From: Candidatus Bathyarchaeia archaeon
GTDB taxonomy: Archaea; Thermoproteota; Bathyarchaeia; 40CM-2-53-6
Assembly (NCBI GenBank): GCA_050013255.1
Contig: JBEKFP010000002.1
Coordinates: 64,001 to 128,000, forward strand
DNA length: 64,000 nt
Direction: 5' to 3'
Shown: one piece after another, positions 59,476 to 64,000 of the stretch
Layout of the letters: each line of letters begins with the position of its first letter
Position numbering within the stretch: position 1 is the stretch's first letter
Program-made: the position numbers and the translations under genes
Notes under the pieces: generated by a model
Databases searched by the model: none
The model's input: only the letters and a program-made list of their open reading frames with translations
Told to the model about the DNA's origin: nothing

Positions 59476-60249
59476 GTGATAGTGGCGCTCAATTCAAGAC
59501 ATTATTTTGACATGGTCACTGTTCTGACCGCGAAGGATTTCAAGATTCGCTATAGGAATTCAGTGCTGGGGTTCGCATGGTCGTTGTTGAACCCCCTCGC
59601 ATATATGGGAATTCTGACGCTCGTATTCTCGCTTCTCTACAGGGTTAATATCCCGAACTTTGCGGCTTGGGTTTTGATCGGGGTTCTGATATGGAGATTT
59701 TTCTCGGTGGGCACGAACCAGGGGCTGTTCAGTATAGTTAGCAATCCATCGCTGGTCAGCAAGGTGTACTTGCCCCGATATTTGTTAGTTCTCTCGAACA
59801 ATCTCGCTAACCTGCTCGGTGCCGGGCTCGAGTTTCTCGTGTTGCTTCCACTGCTGGTGATTCTAGGGGTCAGTTTTAGTTTCACTGTTTTTTTGCTACC
59901 GGTCATCCTTACATTTGAGTTCATGCTCATCTTTGCTCTGTCCCTCTCGCTTTCGGCGCTTAATCTCAAATATCGAGATTTCTACCAACTTTGGGACATC
60001 GCGCTTCAGCTTGGGTTTTGGTTAACGCCAATAGTATACGACGTTAGCCTGATTCCGTCCAAATATCGGCCTCTGTATCTGCTCAATCCTGTTACTAGCC
60101 TGATGGATTCTGCCAGGTTGATTTTTCTTGCGGGTCAGCTTCCTTCATTATACGACGTCGCTGTTGTGCTAGTGAGCGTAGTGGTTTTCTTCGCGATTGG
60201 ATTGGCCATTTTCAGATCTTTGGAGAGTCGGTTCGCAGAGGAATTGTAA
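59476..60249 (+). CDS. wzm: Wzm-type polysaccharide ABC permease
   Basis: DFKIRYRNSVLGFAWSLLNPL, YRD, TPIVY, LNP, FAEEL. Confidence 0.9.
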   Translation: MIVALNSRHYFDMVTVLTAKDFKIRYRNSVLGFAWSLLNPLAYMGILTLVFSLLYRVNIPNFAAWVLIGVLIWRFFSVGTNQGLFSIVSNPSLVSKVYLPRYLLVLSNNLANLLGAGLEFLVLLPLLVILGVSFSFTVFLLPVILTFEFMLIFALSLSLSALNLKYRDFYQLWDIALQLGFWLTPIVYDVSLIPSKYRPLYLLNPVTSLMDSARLIFLAGQLPSLYDVAVVLVSVVVFFAIGLAIFRSLESRFAEEL

Positions 60250-60252
60250 CGC

Positions 60253-61014
60253 TTGCCAATAATCACTGTCGAGGATGTCTGGAAGCGGTTCAGGATACCG
60301 CACGAGAAGCGGGCGACGGTTTTCGATCACGTCGCTGGCACCCTTACGTTCTTGAGCGGAAAACGTTACAGCTACGAGGAATTTTGGGCCCTTAAGCAAA
60401 TCAGCTTCTTGGTTGAACAGGGGGAGTCGTTGGGAATAATTGGTCCGAACGGAAGCGGAAAAAGTACTCTCCTTAAAGTGATTGCGGGAATCATGAAACC
60501 TGACAAGGGCAGAGCTCACACCCAAGGGAAAATTGCCCCCGTGCTTGAACTGGGCATAGGTTTCAGTCCTGACCTAACAGTAAGAGAAAACCTGGTGATT
60601 TATGGGGTCGTTATGGGAATGTCGCGTTCTCAGCTGAAGAGAGATGCCGATTCAATTCTCGAATTTGCCGGGTTGAATAGGTTTCAAGATAGCAAGCTCA
60701 AGAATCTGTCTTCAGGTATGCAGGTGCGCTTGGCCTTCTCAATCGCAATTCAAACAGAAGCAAACATGTTCCTTGTAGACGAGGCATTGTCTGTGGGAGA
60801 TATGGAGTTTCAACAGAAATGCTTGCAGAAATTCCGCGACTTCAAGAGAGAAGGGAGATCAATAGTGCTTGTATCGCACAGCATGGATCTCATCCGCAGC
60901 TATTGTGAGAAGACACTGTACCTAGCGAATGGGGAAATTCGATTCTTTGGGGCAAGCGTGGATGCAGCAAGCAAGTATGTCGACGACATGAAGGCTCCAT
61001 TGGCAACGCGATGA
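60253..61014 (+). CDS. wzt: Wzt-type polysaccharide ABC ATPase (no C-terminal CBM)
   Basis: FWALK, GPNGSGKS, SSGMQVRLAF, DEALSVGD, VSH. Confidence 0.9.
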   Translation: MPIITVEDVWKRFRIPHEKRATVFDHVAGTLTFLSGKRYSYEEFWALKQISFLVEQGESLGIIGPNGSGKSTLLKVIAGIMKPDKGRAHTQGKIAPVLELGIGFSPDLTVRENLVIYGVVMGMSRSQLKRDADSILEFAGLNRFQDSKLKNLSSGMQVRLAFSIAIQTEANMFLVDEALSVGDMEFQQKCLQKFRDFKREGRSIVLVSHSMDLIRSYCEKTLYLANGEIRFFGASVDAASKYVDDMKAPLATR

Positions 61015-61043
61015 ATGTCCGCTTCACAAGTTCAGCTTTTGAC

Positions 61044-62087
61044 TTAAGCTTCCAGGTCCGAATCAACGAGTTTGTCAAATGATGTAGAAACTGTCCTCAC
61101 AACGATTCGCTGACGCGCATCTGACAGGGTGCCCTTGATTCCTTTTGCCCCGAAACTCGAACCAAATCCTCTTGCCGGAGGAGTCAAAATGAGCAATTGT
61201 TCGAATCCGCTCGTCTGAAACCATGAGAGCACTTCTTTCTCTGTTGGGTGATGCTGGTACTGGGGGGAATACCAATCGAAATTTCCCACACGGGAATTGC
61301 CGATAATCATGTAATTCCTCAATTTCTGCAAAGGTGGGTCAGAGGAATGCTCGGCGGCGACTTCGCTGATCTTCCAGAGAAGCGAATGGGGGAGGCGTGT
61401 CGTTATAGAGCGCAAGGCAGAGTTGATTGCTTCGCGTCCCACGTCTGCTCGATCGTAGACCCATATCGAGAACTCTCCCTTTTGACGAAGGGTGGCTGAA
61501 ACAGAGGAGAACGCTGCCGATGGGTCGGGGGTGTGGTGTAGAACTCCAATCGAATAGATCGCATCGAATGTGTTCGTTGCGAAGGGTAGATTGTACAGGT
61601 CTCCCTGCACAAGATGCACGTTTGGAAGGTGGGCGGTGTTCAGGCTAGCGCTCTCAATAGCGTCACTCAGGTCGATTCCAACAACTTCCGCGCCGAATTT
61701 CGCCGCAAAGTACGCGTATCGGCCAAAGCCACAACCTGCATCGAGAACCAGTTTGCCCTTGAAAAAATTCTCAGTCCACAAGGTCTTTGCGAGAAATTCC
61801 GTCTTGTCTCCTTCGTCAATGCGCTTGAATTTTGTCCACTGAAATCCGAAGCTTCGTCTTGTTTTCTCAAGTTTCGAAGTAACGGTTCCGAGTTCCTTTG
61901 AGACGGACGCTGAGCTAGATGCCGAAGGTAGGATTCGTGGTATGCCATTGACTATTGGATAACTTCTTCCGCAATCCGATAGGAGGGTTCCTTCTTCTAT
62001 TTCTTCGCCACGAACAATCTCTTGTGAGAGATTGAAAGTTCGGTGGCAGAACGGACACACCAGTATCTCAAGTAAGCGTTGCTTCAA
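61044..62087 (-). CDS. Trm112-like domain + SAM methyltransferase
   Basis: LLEILVCPFC...YPIVNGIPR, SFGFQW, LDAGCGFGR, GVLHHTP, FDWY. Confidence 0.88.
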   Translation of the reverse strand: MKQRLLEILVCPFCHRTFNLSQEIVRGEEIEEGTLLSDCGRSYPIVNGIPRILPSASSSASVSKELGTVTSKLEKTRRSFGFQWTKFKRIDEGDKTEFLAKTLWTENFFKGKLVLDAGCGFGRYAYFAAKFGAEVVGIDLSDAIESASLNTAHLPNVHLVQGDLYNLPFATNTFDAIYSIGVLHHTPDPSAAFSSVSATLRQKGEFSIWVYDRADVGREAINSALRSITTRLPHSLLWKISEVAAEHSSDPPLQKLRNYMIIGNSRVGNFDWYSPQYQHHPTEKEVLSWFQTSGFEQLLILTPPARGFGSSFGAKGIKGTLSDARQRIVVRTVSTSFDKLVDSDLEA

Positions 62088-62099
62088 TATTATCGCGGC

Positions 62100-63164
62100 T
62101 CAACCGTTGCAGGCTGACCTAATCGATTCCAAGGTCAGCATTCCGATCCTATTCCAGTTGAAGTTCTTGGCCACCCATCGCCTGCCATTCTTCCCAAGCT
62201 GCTTCGCAAGCTTTCTGTCCGAGAGTATTGTTCTTAGAATTGACACCCATTTGTGTACATCACCGTTTGGGACGGTATAGCCTGTCTTCCCTTCCAAGAT
62301 TATCTCCGGGACTCCCCCCACTCTGCTGGCGACTACTGGGCGTTCCATGAGAGCGGCTTCGAGAACTGTCGTTGGACACATATCAAGACCGGAGGCTAAG
62401 ACGTAGACGTCGGCCTCTGAGAGCAGCCGTCTGAGCCCAGATGGGTAATCCACTTGCCCCAACATGTGAACGTTAGGTAGATTTGCGAACGTTTCCCGTA
62501 CCAGGGATTCGTATGTTTGGCTGATCGGTTGCCCACCTGAGATATAGAAGTTAACCTCTGGCATCTCTTTGACAACTCTTACAAATCCCAACAGTCCCCT
62601 CACCTTCGGCAATATCGTGTGATTCTGGATGATGCAGACGTTCGGATGTTTCAATTCAACGCCGGGCTCTTCGTAGAAGGTGTCAGGGTCTACTCCCTGA
62701 GGGATTACAATTGTCCGTTTTGAGGGGAAGTGCTCTAGAACAATATCGTTCAGTGCCCTACAGATGGGCGTTACAACCTCAGCCAAGGCAAGTGCCATGT
62801 AGGTGAAGTAGTACCGGTGCAATGCGAAAACTCTGTCAAGGTTGGTCGCTGTTGCAATCCAGCCATCGTACTCTGACCACCAGTCCCCGCGAAGGTGAGC
62901 GACTACGGGAACATTTTTTCTCGATAGAACTTTGTGAATCTTGGCGTACCAGACGGGGTAGTGCGGGTAATCCGTGTAGACAGCGTCTGGTTTTATCTCG
63001 CCAAGCTGTCTTAGGAGCTGTCGGGATGGGAGAAGCCAGCCCTTTGAGCTGAAGCAAGCTCCGACATCCAACAGAAAGGATTCGACGCCTGACGGAAAAG
63101 TCCTAATCATTTGCTCGAAGAAGTTCTTTTTGAATGAATTAACTACGAAGGCAACTCTCAACAT
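62100..63164 (-). CDS. Glycosyltransferase family 4
   Basis: HLRGDWW, IIQNHT, DMCPTTVLEA; ATG 63164 with GGTGGTGA SD-like motif. Confidence 0.88.
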   Translation of the reverse strand: MLRVAFVVNSFKKNFFEQMIRTFPSGVESFLLDVGACFSSKGWLLPSRQLLRQLGEIKPDAVYTDYPHYPVWYAKIHKVLSRKNVPVVAHLRGDWWSEYDGWIATATNLDRVFALHRYYFTYMALALAEVVTPICRALNDIVLEHFPSKRTIVIPQGVDPDTFYEEPGVELKHPNVCIIQNHTILPKVRGLLGFVRVVKEMPEVNFYISGGQPISQTYESLVRETFANLPNVHMLGQVDYPSGLRRLLSEADVYVLASGLDMCPTTVLEAALMERPVVASRVGGVPEIILEGKTGYTVPNGDVHKWVSILRTILSDRKLAKQLGKNGRRWVAKNFNWNRIGMLTLESIRSACNG

Positions 63165-63188
63165 GTCACCACCCAAGAGTCGCAAATA

Positions 63189-63416
63189 TCACTTCGTATG
63201 AATGTTTTTTATGAGCCTCATAGTTTTGCGCCGCACAAGATTAATGCCGTTTGACGTAAGCGAACTCGTGATAGTGAATATGTATTTCACATAGATCATG
63301 GAATATTTCACATGTCTCATGAACGTGCTTCCCATCACTAGGACAGAAATAGGGGTGTAGGTGATTAGCATCACAAATGGTCCTGCGAGAAGCAGAATAC
63401 GTGAGGGGCGATTCAT
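63189..63416 (-). other. Short ORF or degraded gene remnant between two GT4 genes
   Basis: 75-aa ORF, no recognisable motif. Confidence 0.2.
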
Positions 63417-63511
63417 CTAGTGTCGCTGGCTCCATGCTTTAGCAGCGTCTTAAACTATCGTACAAGGTAGGTGGACATGAAGGTTGCGGCGGAAAAGACA
63501 ATGCGATGGCT

Positions 63512-64000
63512 TCAATCCTCGCTGTGTAGTCTGATAGCCAACTTGGCCGCTTCCAACATTCGTAAGCCCGTCTTGGTAAGGGTGAAATTCTCAAGCACCC
63601 ACTTCTTACCATTCCTTCCCAGTTTGCGAGCCAACGTCTTGTCAACCAGTATAGACCGTATCGTTCGAATCCAGGTGTCCGTAGCACCGTTGGGTATCGT
63701 GTAGCCCGTGTATCCTTCCTTGACTATTTCGGGTACGCCACCTACCCTACTCGCAACTACTGGCTTTTGCATGAGGGAGGCTTCGAGCACGCTTGTCGGG
63801 CACATGTCCAACCCAGATGCGAGCAGGTACAAGTCAGCTTCGGTAAGTAGTTGCCTTACCCCGCGAGGGTGATCCACAGGCTCCAGCATGTGGACGTTTG
63901 CGAAGGTGGCGAAAGTTCTACGCACCAAAGCCGCATAGGGTTGTTTACTCCGTTGCCCTGCTGTGATGTAGAAGTGAACATCAGGCATTCTCTTGACTAC
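63512..64000 (-). CDS. Glycosyltransferase family 4, 5'-partial (runs off the window)
   Basis: LASGLDMCPTSVLEA, VGGVPEI; close paralogue of 62100-63164. Confidence 0.88.
   Translation of the reverse strand, partial: VVKRMPDVHFYITAGQRSKQPYAALVRRTFATFANVHMLEPVDHPRGVRQLLTEADLYLLASGLDMCPTSVLEASLMQKPVVASRVGGVPEIVKEGYTGYTIPNGATDTWIRTIRSILVDKTLARKLGRNGKKWVLENFTLTKTGLRMLEAAKLAIRLHSED

Noticed and set aside
1-64000. CRISPR arrays, tRNA/rRNA genes, and the many antisense ORFs in the track
   Set aside because: No regularly spaced repeats or cloverleaf/rRNA signatures seen by eye; antisense ORFs shadow well-supported genes and lack motifs

Overview
Archaeal DNA (TACK-like, most consistent with Bathyarchaeia by inference: archaeal TrmI, archaeal-type HMG-CoA synthase, DUF2116/AN1 zinc fingers, frequent TTG/GTG starts, oligo-T terminator). 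Bases 1-21.7 kb hold mixed housekeeping and accessory genes: kinase, HAD phosphatase, trmI, beta-propeller surface protein, glyoxalase, glutamate dehydrogenase, S2P protease, APC permeases including a C-terminally short KimA-like transporter, a nucleotidyltransferase/metallophosphoesterase pair, a NitT-type ABC transporter, and an HMG-CoA synthase-DUF35 fusion. Bases 21.9-64 kb form a >42 kb surface-glycan biosynthesis island: 2 AsnB-type amidotransferases, many GT4/GT2/GT-C enzymes, 2 DegT-like enzymes, 2 nucleotide-sugar dehydrogenases, epimerases, FemAB-like GNAT, deacetylase, 6 SAM methyltransferases, radical SAM, Wzx and Wzm/Wzt. The clearest unannotated structure is a 725-bp transposase-less element at 18803-19527. 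It has IS6-like 22-bp terminal inverted repeats and a perfect 8-bp flanking direct repeat, and carries a small HNH-like gene whose ORF sits inside an RNA stem. Other notable items are a candidate structured ncRNA upstream of kimA, a half-SWIB/zinc-ribbon protein, two genes that appear to need non-canonical start codons (TTC, CTG), and two related zinc-finger microproteins. No rRNA, tRNA or CRISPR array was recognised. All calls are from motif reading by eye; no database search was run.
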